NCBI GenBank assembly: GCA_004212155.1
Contig: RXIG01000024.1
Location: 7,853-71,852 of the forward strand
Direction of reading: 5' to 3'
Length of the DNA stretch: 64,000 bases
Source of the DNA: an archaeon
Lineage (GTDB): Archaea > Methanobacteriota_B > Thermococci > Methanofastidiosales > NM3
The notes below the pieces were generated by a model. That model did not search any database. It was not told the DNA's origin and saw only the letters and a program-made list of their open reading frames with translations. Shown here in pieces: positions 17,455-26,190 of the stretch. The position numbers and the translations under genes were made by a program. How positions within the stretch are numbered: position 1 is the first letter of the stretch; each line of letters starts with the position of its first letter.

Positions 17455-18998
17455 AGTGCGCCCACGAGTACCGGACCGCAGGGAAGAAGTGCCCCTATGA
17501 AGCGGAGGAGGGAAGCGAGCTGTGCCGGTGGCACGTGCAGCAATCGGGCAAGAGGCTCTCAGGCAAGGACCTGACGAAGATCGACCTGGAGGAAGCCTAT
17601 CTCAAGGGAGCAGACCTCTCCTCATCGAACCTTACCGGGGCGCGCCTTGTCGGTGCGAACCTCTTCGGTGCCGTGCTTGAAGGGGCGACCCTCGTCGATG
17701 CTGACCTCTCCGATGCCGACATATCAAAGTCCCAGATGCGCGGCGTCGACCTCGAGAACGCCAAGCTCAAGTACTGCAAGGCAGAGGGTACGATACTTGC
17801 CAACAGCAATCTGCAAAACGCCGACCTATCATGGGCGGTGATGCGGGAGGCAATCCTTACCGGGGCGCGCCTTCCCTATGCGACGCTGCTCGATGCGTCG
17901 CTTGTCAACGCGGTGCTGCTCCATGCCATGCTTGAAAACGCAACGATGCGCGGCGTCGACCTCAAGGGGGCCGACATGCAGGTCGCCGACATGCGCGGCG
18001 CGGATTTGAGGGGGGCGACGCTTGACGGCTGCAACATGCGTGGCGCTGACCTGAGGGGAACAGACCTCAAATACGCCAGCCTTGAGGGAGCCATACTTGC
18101 CAACAGCAATCTCCAGCGCGCCGACTTCGCTCGCGCACAGCTCAAGAACGTGCTCGTCCAGAGCACGACCGCACAGCGCGCCAACTTCAGGGAGTGCGAT
18201 CTCGAGAACGCCGACTTCTCGGATGCCAATCTCGACAAGGCAAATCTTCGTGGAGCCAATCTCAAGGGTGCCAACTTCGATGACGCGATTCTCACCGACG
18301 CAGACCTCTTCAATGCGAAGATAGAGGGCATACAAAATCTCAGGTACGCGGCCCTCGATGACGTATCCATCACCGAACGCCTCGCCGACGAGAATGTGAG
18401 AAAAGGCGAGCACATCGCCGCGCTCAAGCGCTACGACGAGGCGATAGCGACCTATCTTGACCTCAAGAATCACTTCAATGCGGCCGGGCTCTACGAGAAG
18501 TCGAGCGAATACTACATCCATGAATGGACGGTGCGCGGCAAGCTCGAACGTACGGCACTCAGGTTGGACGAGGGCCAGCTCAAGGCGAACAAGTTCGTGC
18601 CATACCACTTCCCGTTCTCGTTCAAGTACCGATCGAACAGGCTCTTCGCATCGATACTGCAACTCGAGGGATGGACAAAATGGATCTCAAACAAACTTTT
18701 CTATCTTATCTCAAACTACGGGCAAAGCCCCCTGCGCGTCTTGCTCACCTCGCTTACGATCATCTTTTCCTACACGTTCATCTACTGGCTGTCGGGTGGC
18801 ATCACGACAGGTCCGGAGACGTTCGTACCGACATTTGCCGAATCGCTCTACTTCAGCGTGGTGACGTTCACGACGCTCGGATACGGTGACTTCCACCCCA
18901 AGCCATCGATCCAGCTCGTGGCGATAAGCGAGGCGTTTTTAGGTGCGTTCATCATCGCGTTCTTCGTCGTGGTGGTGAGCAGGCGACTCATCAGGTGA
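17451..18998 (+). CDS. Pentapeptide-repeat protein fused to a 2-TM K+ channel pore
   Basis: About 270 aa of A(D/N)LxG-type pentapeptide repeats. C-terminal TM-pore-TM with selectivity filter TTLGYGD. N-terminal Cys/His cluster CAHE..CPYE..CRWH. ATGA overlap with copB. Confidence 0.75.
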   Translation: MKCAHEYRTAGKKCPYEAEEGSELCRWHVQQSGKRLSGKDLTKIDLEEAYLKGADLSSSNLTGARLVGANLFGAVLEGATLVDADLSDADISKSQMRGVDLENAKLKYCKAEGTILANSNLQNADLSWAVMREAILTGARLPYATLLDASLVNAVLLHAMLENATMRGVDLKGADMQVADMRGADLRGATLDGCNMRGADLRGTDLKYASLEGAILANSNLQRADFARAQLKNVLVQSTTAQRANFRECDLENADFSDANLDKANLRGANLKGANFDDAILTDADLFNAKIEGIQNLRYAALDDVSITERLADENVRKGEHIAALKRYDEAIATYLDLKNHFNAAGLYEKSSEYYIHEWTVRGKLERTALRLDEGQLKANKFVPYHFPFSFKYRSNRLFASILQLEGWTKWISNKLFYLISNYGQSPLRVLLTSLTIIFSYTFIYWLSGGITTGPETFVPTFAESLYFSVVTFTTLGYGDFHPKPSIQLVAISEAFLGAFIIAFFVVVVSRRLIR

Positions 18999-19008
18999 AG
19001 GGAACCGG

Positions 19009-19470
19009 TTACGTGAGGCGCGTCCTGCGCGCGCCGGTGTGGCGGATGATCTCTTCGGGTGCGATCTTTATGAGGCCGCTATCGCTTCCCCCGCCTGCCC
19101 ACACGCACGGGAGTTCGAGCACCGCCTCGTCGATCAGAAAGCATGCATCGAAGCCGATGGGGGGCACGCCCCCTGCAGGAAATCCGGTGTGGGAAAGCAC
19201 CTCGCATGCCCGCGCGATGCGGGGAACGGGGGCCTCAAGCGCCTCGCCGATGCGCCGCGGCAAGACGCGGTCGCACCCGCGAACGATGGCCACGACGATG
19301 CCATCATCAGCCATGAAGCAGATCGATTTGACGAACTCCTCGGGCGCTGCGCCCGTGGCCTTGCAGGCCGCCTGGACGGAATGACACGAATCGTCGTAAG
19401 TAAAAAGAGAGCAGTCCACGCCGTTCCTGCGTATGTAGTCCTGTAGTTTCTTCGTGTATTCATTCTCCAT
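19009..19470 (-). CDS. ybaK: YbaK/ProX-type aminoacyl-tRNA deacylase
   Basis: KSICFM...IVVAIVRG and GFPAGGVPPIGF motifs of the YbaK/EbsC editing domain. Leaderless, with TATA 26 nt upstream. Confidence 0.75.
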   Translation of the reverse strand: MENEYTKKLQDYIRRNGVDCSLFTYDDSCHSVQAACKATGAAPEEFVKSICFMADDGIVVAIVRGCDRVLPRRIGEALEAPVPRIARACEVLSHTGFPAGGVPPIGFDACFLIDEAVLELPCVWAGGGSDSGLIKIAPEEIIRHTGARRTRLT

Positions 19471-19608
19471 AGGGTGCAGGCATCATGAATGTATAAAAAA
19501 CATGCGCTGCTTGCCACGACGAACAATTTAAAAAATAGAAAAGTTTATAAATCACAGTACTCATGAGGAAAAGGAGCGAACCGGCGCGACCTGTCCGTTC
19601 TTTTTGAT

Positions 19609-19684
19609 GCGGCCGTAGTGTAGTGGCCCAGCACATAAGCCTGCCACGCTTGTAACCCGGGTTCAAATCCCGGCGGCCGCACCA
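19609..19684 (+). tRNA. tRNA-Gly (anticodon GCC), CCA encoded
   Basis: Acceptor GCGGCCG/CGGCCGC, anticodon loop CTGCCAC, T arm CCGGG-TTCAAAT-CCCGG, A73, CCA. 76 nt. Confidence 0.9.
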
Positions 19685-19889
19685 CAACCTTTCTTACATG
19701 ATTTCAACTCATTTTAGGGAAAAAACCTATAATTATTGTCTATTTCAAAGATACGCATCCAATTTTTGTTAACTTCAGCATGAATTGAACTATCTCAAAA
19801 CGTTTAAAAAAATTGCAGTGCATCTCTTCTCGTAGGGAAATCAACCCAAATCAGTATCATGAAAGTGGAATTCAAAGGAGTTGAGTGAG

Positions 19890-20405
19890 ATGAAAAAGAT
19901 TGTAACCCTTCTGCTCGTGCTGGGAATGCTTTGTGCGATAGCTTCCCCGCTCGCAGCGGATGAAAAGACGGGCGATGTCGAGGAATATGACAATCTCGTC
20001 AGGCCTTCGACATCAGAGGGCGATGTGTTCATACTGGGCGACCCCGACGAAGCGGGTGACCGAGATGATTCGGGGGGTGATGAGCCACCGCTCATCGCGC
20101 CGAACCCCAACGGGGATGAGGAGCCGCTCATCGTCCCCAATCCAAATGCGGTAAGCGATGAGGACTGGGACGGCGATGGCATACCGAACGAACAGGATGC
20201 CTGTCCGACCGTCTGGGCGGACACCGAGGATGGATGCCCCGTCGACAACCCCCTTGCAGAGAACGACACTACCATCGGCATTGACGAGGAAGACGATGAG
20301 AAGGAAGAGGATGGCCCAAAACGACCCGGCATCCTCGCATTAGGCGCGATCATGGTGTGCGCCGCAGTGCTTGCCCTCGGTATTGCCAAGAGGAAGTGGA
20401 ACTAA
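19890..20405 (+). CDS. Secreted acidic protein with thrombospondin-type-3-like Ca-binding repeat and C-terminal TM anchor
   Basis: Signal peptide MKKIVTLLLVLGMLCAIASPLAA. DWDGDGIPNEQDACP (DxDxDGxxDxxDxCP). C-terminal PGILALGAIMVCAAVLALGIAKRK. AAGGAG SD upstream of ATG 19890. Confidence 0.55.
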   Translation: MKKIVTLLLVLGMLCAIASPLAADEKTGDVEEYDNLVRPSTSEGDVFILGDPDEAGDRDDSGGDEPPLIAPNPNGDEEPLIVPNPNAVSDEDWDGDGIPNEQDACPTVWADTEDGCPVDNPLAENDTTIGIDEEDDEKEEDGPKRPGILALGAIMVCAAVLALGIAKRKWN

Positions 20406-20435
20406 CGTTCCTCATTTCTTTTTTTTTCTCAACTT

Positions 20436-20603
20436 TTAATTGCCCTTGAACTGTTCCCCCGTCGCCTTTGTCACGATCATCGGGAGGAGAAATGACAGCA
20501 TGATGACGGCAAATGCAACGTATTGAAGGGGATAGTTCACGAACTCGGAGCCAAAGAGCAAGATCACACCGAGTATGAGCAGTCCGTAGGAATACTTGTT
20601 CAT
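20436..20603 (-). CDS. 55-aa two-TM membrane protein (below ORF-track cutoff)
   Basis: Hand translation MNKYSYGLLILGVILLFGSEFVNYPLQYVAFAVIMLSFLLPMIVTKATGEQFKGN. TTTAAATAA (20627-20635) lies 28 nt upstream of the ATG. Confidence 0.45.
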   Translation of the reverse strand: MNKYSYGLLILGVILLFGSEFVNYPLQYVAFAVIMLSFLLPMIVTKATGEQFKGN

Positions 20604-20708
20604 CGTTGTGCTCTTCGAGTTCCCCCTTTAAATAATTGACTTTCATGAAGGGTGGGCAGCGGCGGAAGCGACCAATCGTTTTTTAGTGCGGCACGCATAC
20701 GTATATGT

Positions 20709-21830
20709 ATGAAGACGGTAGGATTTTTGATCAATCCCATCGCTGGTATGGGTGGACGGGTCGGCCTCAAGGGCACTGACGGCATGCTCGAGGAGGCTCG
20801 GCGCAGGGGTGCCGCACCCGTTACCCCGCAACGTGCGGCACGGTTCTTCGATTCGCTCGATCGCGACGTGGCGGCACAAGCTCGCTGGCTCACGTGTGCG
20901 GGGCTGATGGGTGCCGACACCATGAAAGACACCGGGCTTGAGTACGATACCGTCTACACGCCAAAGGGCGGCTCGAGCGGAGCGGATACGCGGCGTGCCT
21001 GCGAACTGTTCCTTGAGCGCGGATGTGACCTCATCGTGTTCTGTGGTGGCGACGGGACCGCCCGTGACGTCAACGCGGCCGTTGGGCGCTCGGTGCCCGT
21101 CCTCGGCATCCCTAGCGGTGTCAAGATGCTCTCAGGCGTATTCGCCATCAATCCGTCGGCAGGAGCCGAGCTGCTCGAGCTCTACCTCGCCGGGTCGGCC
21201 GAGACGCAGGAAGCGGAGGTGGTCGACCTCGATGAGGAGGAATACCGTCATGACCGCTTCTCGTTCAAGGTCTTTGGCACGGCCCTGACGCTCTTTGAAG
21301 GCAATTACACCCAGTCATCGAAGATGCTCATCCGCGGTGCGCGCGAGGATGACATCAAGGACGACATCGCGCGCACCGTCATCGAGGATATGGACGACGG
21401 GACGCTCTACCTTCTGGGGCCGGGGAGCACGGTGCGCTCCATAGCCGAACGGCTTGGCATCGATAACACGCTCCTTGGCATCGATGCCGTGAAAGGGAAG
21501 GAACTCGTCGGGCGCGACCTCAACGAGGAGCGCATACTCGGGCTCATCGAGGGCGAACAAAACGTCATGCTCATCCTCTCGCCCATCGGCGCCCAGGGGT
21601 TCGTCATCGGGCGCGGCAATCTTCAGATCTCACCAGCGGTGCTCGAACGCATCAGCATCGAAAACATACTAATTGTATCGACACCGGCGAAATTGAAGAC
21701 AATACGTCACCTCCTGGTGGACACAGGGGATGCCAACCTTGACAAAAAGTTTATGGAAAAACAGTACCTGCCTGTCATTATTGGTTATAGAACGTCTACA
21801 TTAAAGAATATTGGAATACAAAACCTTTAA
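20709..21830 (+). CDS. ATP-NAD kinase-like family protein (COG3199 type)
   Basis: MKTVGFLINPIAGMGGRVGLKGTDG and FCGGDGTARD motifs. Confidence 0.7.
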   Translation: MKTVGFLINPIAGMGGRVGLKGTDGMLEEARRRGAAPVTPQRAARFFDSLDRDVAAQARWLTCAGLMGADTMKDTGLEYDTVYTPKGGSSGADTRRACELFLERGCDLIVFCGGDGTARDVNAAVGRSVPVLGIPSGVKMLSGVFAINPSAGAELLELYLAGSAETQEAEVVDLDEEEYRHDRFSFKVFGTALTLFEGNYTQSSKMLIRGAREDDIKDDIARTVIEDMDDGTLYLLGPGSTVRSIAERLGIDNTLLGIDAVKGKELVGRDLNEERILGLIEGEQNVMLILSPIGAQGFVIGRGNLQISPAVLERISIENILIVSTPAKLKTIRHLLVDTGDANLDKKFMEKQYLPVIIGYRTSTLKNIGIQNL

Positions 21831-21855
21831 ATAATGAACATATTGTTTTAGTACC

Positions 21856-22890
21856 ATGAAAGCAGCTGTGAAGGTCAGGCCCGAATACGGGGGCACCGAG
21901 GTGCGTGACGTGCCCACCCCCCAACCAGGGCCGGATGACGCACTCATCAAGATGGATGCCGCCTCCATATGCGGAACCGACATGCATATTTACGAGTGGG
22001 ACGCCTGGGCGCAAAAAAACATTGACGTCCCGCGAATCTACGGCCATGAGTTCGCCGGCACGGTGGTCGAGGTAGGCAAGAACGTTGATTCGGTCAAGGT
22101 AGGGGACAAGGTCTCAGGCGAGTGCCATGTCTACTGCGGACACTGCCCACAATGTATGAGAGGAAACATGCACATCTGCATGAACATGTCCGCGTTCGGC
22201 GTGAGCTCTGAAGGCATCTTCTGCGAGTATCAGGCGCTGCCCGCACAGAACCTGTGGGTCAACGACCCCACGATCCCCGCGAAGTACACCACGCTCCAGG
22301 ACCCCCTGGGCAACGCCGTACATACCGTCTTTTCAGCAGGCGACATCACGGGCAAGAACGTTGCAGTGCTCGGGTGCGGCCCCATCGGTCTTTTGGCCAT
22401 CACCGTTGCAAAGGCCGCCGGCGCCGCGCAGGTCGTTGCCGTGGGGCACACGAACGAATACCGCATCAACCTCGCCAAGAAGCTGGGGGCCGACGTCGTG
22501 CTCAAGAAGGGCGACGACTTCGGCAAGGTGGCACGCGACCTCACCGACGGGCTTGGCATGGACGCCGTCTACGAGATAACGGGCAATCCGAATGCCGTGC
22601 TCACAGGGCTCGACATGGTGCGCGGCGGCGGAACACTGGCATTGCTTGGCATATTCAACGACCCCGTCACGATCAATCTCACCGACGACATCGTCTTCAA
22701 GTGCGTCGATATGAAGGGCATCTACGGAAGGAAGATATGGGACACGTGGTTCACGTCCACCGGACTCCTCAAGTCGGGCAAGCTCGACCTCGATACGATC
22801 ATCACACATACATTTAAGTTCGATGACATTTTAGAGGGAATGGAAGTCATGGCCTCTGGCAATTCTGGAAAGATTGTCCTTACGTTTTGA
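21856..22890 (+). CDS. tdh: L-threonine 3-dehydrogenase (Zn-dependent MDR family)
   Basis: Zn-ADH motifs ICGTDMH and GHEFAG, structural Zn CGHCPQC, Rossmann GCGPIGL. Followed by kbl. Confidence 0.8.
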   Translation: MKAAVKVRPEYGGTEVRDVPTPQPGPDDALIKMDAASICGTDMHIYEWDAWAQKNIDVPRIYGHEFAGTVVEVGKNVDSVKVGDKVSGECHVYCGHCPQCMRGNMHICMNMSAFGVSSEGIFCEYQALPAQNLWVNDPTIPAKYTTLQDPLGNAVHTVFSAGDITGKNVAVLGCGPIGLLAITVAKAAGAAQVVAVGHTNEYRINLAKKLGADVVLKKGDDFGKVARDLTDGLGMDAVYEITGNPNAVLTGLDMVRGGGTLALLGIFNDPVTINLTDDIVFKCVDMKGIYGRKIWDTWFTSTGLLKSGKLDLDTIITHTFKFDDILEGMEVMASGNSGKIVLTF

Positions 22891-22900
22891 AGGTGGTAGC

Positions 22901-24088
22901 ATGGAACGAGATCCAAACGCATTCCTCAGGGAAGAATATGAAAAGCTCAAGGAGAAGAATCTCAACTGGAACCTGCGCGTGCTCGAGGGCCCCTCCGCGC
23001 CACGGACCGTGGTGGATGGAAAGCCCGTCATCATGCTCTGTTCCAACAACTATCTCAACTTATCGAATCATCCAAAGATCATCGAGGCGTCCATCGAGGC
23101 CACTCGGCGGCTTGGTGCAGGTTCTGGCTCCGTACGCCCGATAGCAGGGAATATGGGGCTCCACATGGAGGTGGAGCGCGAGCTTGCCAGATTCAAGCGA
23201 AGCGAGTCGGCGCTCGTCTACCAGACGGGATTCGCCACCAACGCTGGCCTCATACCCCAGCTTGCCGACAAGGGTGACATCATCATCTCCGATGAGCTCA
23301 ACCACGGCAGCATCATCGACGGCGTGCGCCTCTCGCGTGCTGACAAGGCGATATACGCCCACCAGAACATGGGTCAGCTCGAGGACCAGCTACGCGAGGC
23401 CGACAAGAAGGGATACCGCCGCATCCTCGTCATCACCGATGGTGTCTTCTCCATGGACGGCGATGTCGCACAAGCCGACACGATCGTCAAGCTCTGCAAG
23501 GAGGTCGGCGCCATGACGTACTTCGACGATGCCCATGGCGAGGGCGTCCTTGGACCACATGGCGAGGGCATATCGGCCCACTACGGCATCGAGGGCGAGA
23601 TCGATGTGGAGGTCGGCACGTTCTCAAAGGCATACGGCGTCGTCGGCGGGCTCGTGGCGGGAAGCCAGGACCTTGTCAACTACGCGTACAACACGTCGAG
23701 GACATGGCTGCTCTCCGGATCGCATCCGCCAGGCGTGGCCGCGGCGCAGCTCGAGGCGATCCGCGTGCTCTCACGCGAACCCGAGCACCACAAGCGTCTC
23801 TGGGACAACACCAACTACTTCAAGAAGGAGCTCCAGTCGCTCGGATTCGACACCGGCGACTCGGTGACGCCCATCACCCCCGTGATGTGCGGCGAGTCGA
23901 AGATGGCAAAGGACCTCTCCGATGGACTCTACAAAAACGGCGTCTTCGCGCTTCCCATCGTCTTCCCCATGGTCGCGCAGGGCAAGGCGCGCATCCGCAC
24001 CATCATGAACGCCGGACTCACCAAGGACGACCTCGACGAGGCCATCTCCGCGTTCGAGAAGGTCGGCAAATCGATAGGGCTTATCTGA
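22901..24088 (+). CDS. kbl: 2-amino-3-ketobutyrate CoA ligase (glycine C-acetyltransferase)
   Basis: Alpha-oxoamine synthase pattern SNNYLNLSNHP, DELNHGSIIDG, GTFSKA (PLP Lys). GGTGG SD before ATG 22901. Confidence 0.8.
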   Translation: MERDPNAFLREEYEKLKEKNLNWNLRVLEGPSAPRTVVDGKPVIMLCSNNYLNLSNHPKIIEASIEATRRLGAGSGSVRPIAGNMGLHMEVERELARFKRSESALVYQTGFATNAGLIPQLADKGDIIISDELNHGSIIDGVRLSRADKAIYAHQNMGQLEDQLREADKKGYRRILVITDGVFSMDGDVAQADTIVKLCKEVGAMTYFDDAHGEGVLGPHGEGISAHYGIEGEIDVEVGTFSKAYGVVGGLVAGSQDLVNYAYNTSRTWLLSGSHPPGVAAAQLEAIRVLSREPEHHKRLWDNTNYFKKELQSLGFDTGDSVTPITPVMCGESKMAKDLSDGLYKNGVFALPIVFPMVAQGKARIRTIMNAGLTKDDLDEAISAFEKVGKSIGLI

Positions 24089-24762
24089 TGCGTATGTGCC
24101 CCCGCTACAAGATCGTCGTCTTCGACCTCGACGGCACGCTTATCCACTACGGATCGTCGTGGGAGACGCTGCATGACCACTTCGAGGCGATGCCCGAAGA
24201 CGTTCGTGCGAACATGGACGCATTCCTCGCGGGTGAGATCGACTACAAGGAGTGGATGGAGCGCGATATCGCGCTCTGGCACCACATGGCCCCAACGTCA
24301 CGCGACGTCGACGAGGCGTTCAGGGACCATGTGCCGTGTGACGAGACCCGTGCGGCCATCGCCCGGCTCAAGGAGCACGGCATCAAGGTCTTTATCGTTT
24401 CCTCCGGCATCGATGTCCTCGCACGGCGCATCGGTGAGGAGCTCGGGATCGATGGCGCCTATGCCAATGCGCTCGACTGCGACGAGGACGGACGCCTCAC
24501 CGGACGCGGCGAGTGCAGCGTCGACCCCCTGCGCAAGCACGAGGTCGTTCACCGAATCGCGTGCGAGGAGGGCGTACCGCTCGATGAGATCGCCTGTGTG
24601 GGCGACACGAAGTACGACATCTCGATGTTTCACGGCGTGGGAGGGAAATTTGCCCTCAAGGCAAAGCACGACGAGCTTCGCGAGGCTGCCGATGCGTCGT
24701 TCGAGTCGATCACCGACCTAGTGGACCATATTCTGGGCGAACAGGGAACTGCCATGCCATGA
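24088..24762 (+). CDS. HAD-superfamily hydrolase, subfamily IB (phosphoserine-phosphatase-like)
   Basis: VVFDLDGTL, IVSSG and CVGDTKYDISMF motifs. TGATG stop/start overlap with kbl. Confidence 0.7.
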   Translation: MRMCPRYKIVVFDLDGTLIHYGSSWETLHDHFEAMPEDVRANMDAFLAGEIDYKEWMERDIALWHHMAPTSRDVDEAFRDHVPCDETRAAIARLKEHGIKVFIVSSGIDVLARRIGEELGIDGAYANALDCDEDGRLTGRGECSVDPLRKHEVVHRIACEEGVPLDEIACVGDTKYDISMFHGVGGKFALKAKHDELREAADASFESITDLVDHILGEQGTAMP

Positions 24763-24795
24763 AAACCTTTTTCTTTCTATAATGCTAATAGGTGT

Positions 24796-25014
24796 ATGCC
24801 TCAAGCAACGAGCAATTACGTGAAAATAGGCGATATCGAACTTTCTTCAAAGGAATCCCTGGATTCGCTCATGGAAAAGGCCATGCGCCTCTATGTATGG
24901 AAGATGGAGGCCAGGCAGGCGAAGAAGTCCGGCGAGGACATCGACCTCGAGATGGTCTTCGACGAGGGAGAGAAGCAGGCTCCTGAAGAAAAGAAAGAGT
25001 TCGTGGGCATCTAG
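24796..25014 (+). CDS. Hypothetical 72-aa charged protein
   Basis: ORF only. K/E-rich, no recognised motif. Confidence 0.35.
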   Translation: MPQATSNYVKIGDIELSSKESLDSLMEKAMRLYVWKMEARQAKKSGEDIDLEMVFDEGEKQAPEEKKEFVGI

Positions 25015-25037
25015 GGCTTTGTGTGCAAAGCCGGCAT

Positions 25038-26156
25038 CTAAGAAAAGTCCTTGAGCACCGCCAATATGTCCTCGGAGGGGAATCGTGGCGTGAACACCCT
25101 GCTCCTTCCACGGCCCATCATAACGACATTGCTATCGATGAGCCCGTAGGACTCGAGCTTTGCCAGCGCCTGGGAGAACGACTTCTTGTTAAACGATCCT
25201 TTCATGCGCTCGAAGAGTGCCCCTGAACGCACATCCTTGTCCGTTGCTATCTCAAGCAGCATCTGCCGCTCGGCGGCGGAAAGCACCGCAACCTTTTCGT
25301 GAAGCGTGACGAATCGGGCCTTCTTCTCATATGCGGCATCGATGTCCTCGCGTTCGATCTTTCGCTTCGCATGCGATTCAGCGATGATGCCGCTCGATGA
25401 AAGAAGCGTTATGCCGACACGAAGGTCGCCCTGCGAGGCGGTGAGCTCCGCGATGTGTTCAACGAGTTCCTGTGATATGACGCCCGGGAAGAACCCCGCC
25501 TGGGCCCGCTTGAGCAGTATCTCGTACGTCTCTGAGAGTGAGTATGGGGGGAACGTGACCTCCTGGGGCATGAAGATGCTGTAAAGCTTCGTTGCGATCA
25601 CCTCCTTGAAGTCCTCGCGCGATAGGATGGCGACGACGCCGGTGCGCACGCGCGGATACTGCTCATAGGCGCGCAGAATATCGTACATGATGTCGTTTGC
25701 ATACTTTTGCTCGAAGAGGAAGTCGATGTCGTCAAGCGCCACAAGGAGACTGAGCCCCTTGCGGTCGAGATGGTTCATCACCTTCTCGTAGACGCGTGTG
25801 TAGGGGACCCCCGTCTCGGGCGGGCGATGGCCAAAGATCTTCTTGTGCACCTCGGACATGACGGTGAACTTCGTGTTCGAGAGCTTGCAGTTGATGTGGA
25901 CGGGCACCATCCTGTCCGAAGCGTTCTGGATCTCGTCGAATAGGAAGTGCACCGTCGTCGTCTTTCCCGTGCCGGGGGGACCGATGATGAGCGTGTTGTG
26001 CGGCTTCCCGCCCCGAAGGCCGGGGCGCACGAGCGAGACGAGTGCCTGGAGCTCCTTGTCCCTGAACAGCAGGGTGTCGGGAAGATAATTGGGATTGAAC
26101 ACCTGTTCATCCTTGAAGAGCGTCTCATCAGACATGAGCATGTCCTTTATGTTCAT
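25038..26156 (-). CDS. cdc6: Orc1/Cdc6 replication initiator
   Basis: LFRDKELQ...GPPGTGKTTT (Walker A), LVALDDID (Walker B), C-terminal winged-helix region. ATG 26156 lies 30 nt from the TATA at 26182-26190. Confidence 0.9.
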   Translation of the reverse strand: MNIKDMLMSDETLFKDEQVFNPNYLPDTLLFRDKELQALVSLVRPGLRGGKPHNTLIIGPPGTGKTTTVHFLFDEIQNASDRMVPVHINCKLSNTKFTVMSEVHKKIFGHRPPETGVPYTRVYEKVMNHLDRKGLSLLVALDDIDFLFEQKYANDIMYDILRAYEQYPRVRTGVVAILSREDFKEVIATKLYSIFMPQEVTFPPYSLSETYEILLKRAQAGFFPGVISQELVEHIAELTASQGDLRVGITLLSSSGIIAESHAKRKIEREDIDAAYEKKARFVTLHEKVAVLSAAERQMLLEIATDKDVRSGALFERMKGSFNKKSFSQALAKLESYGLIDSNVVMMGRGRSRVFTPRFPSEDILAVLKDFS

Positions 26157-26181
26157 ACTGTACTCCAATCGTGCGGCGCAC

Positions 26182-26190
26182 ATATAAAAT
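26182..26190 (-). promoter_or_regulatory. TATA box of orc1/cdc6 (leaderless)
   Basis: Minus-strand ATTTTATATG, 30 nt upstream of the start codon. Confidence 0.5.

Noticed and set aside
17600-18330. Short repeated DNA units within 17451-18998 as a possible repeat array
   Set aside because: The periodicity is the 15-nt pentapeptide coding repeat inside one continuous ORF, so it is not a non-coding array.
19541-19608. Unusually long (~35-nt) leader between a TATA-like AAAGTTTATAAAT and tRNA-Gly
   Set aside because: This could simply be a pre-tRNA leader removed by RNase P. I found no structure or motif to support a separate element.
19460-19687. 75-aa minus-strand ORF
   Set aside because: It covers tRNA-Gly(GCC) and its leader. 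It is a translation of tRNA antisense sequence.
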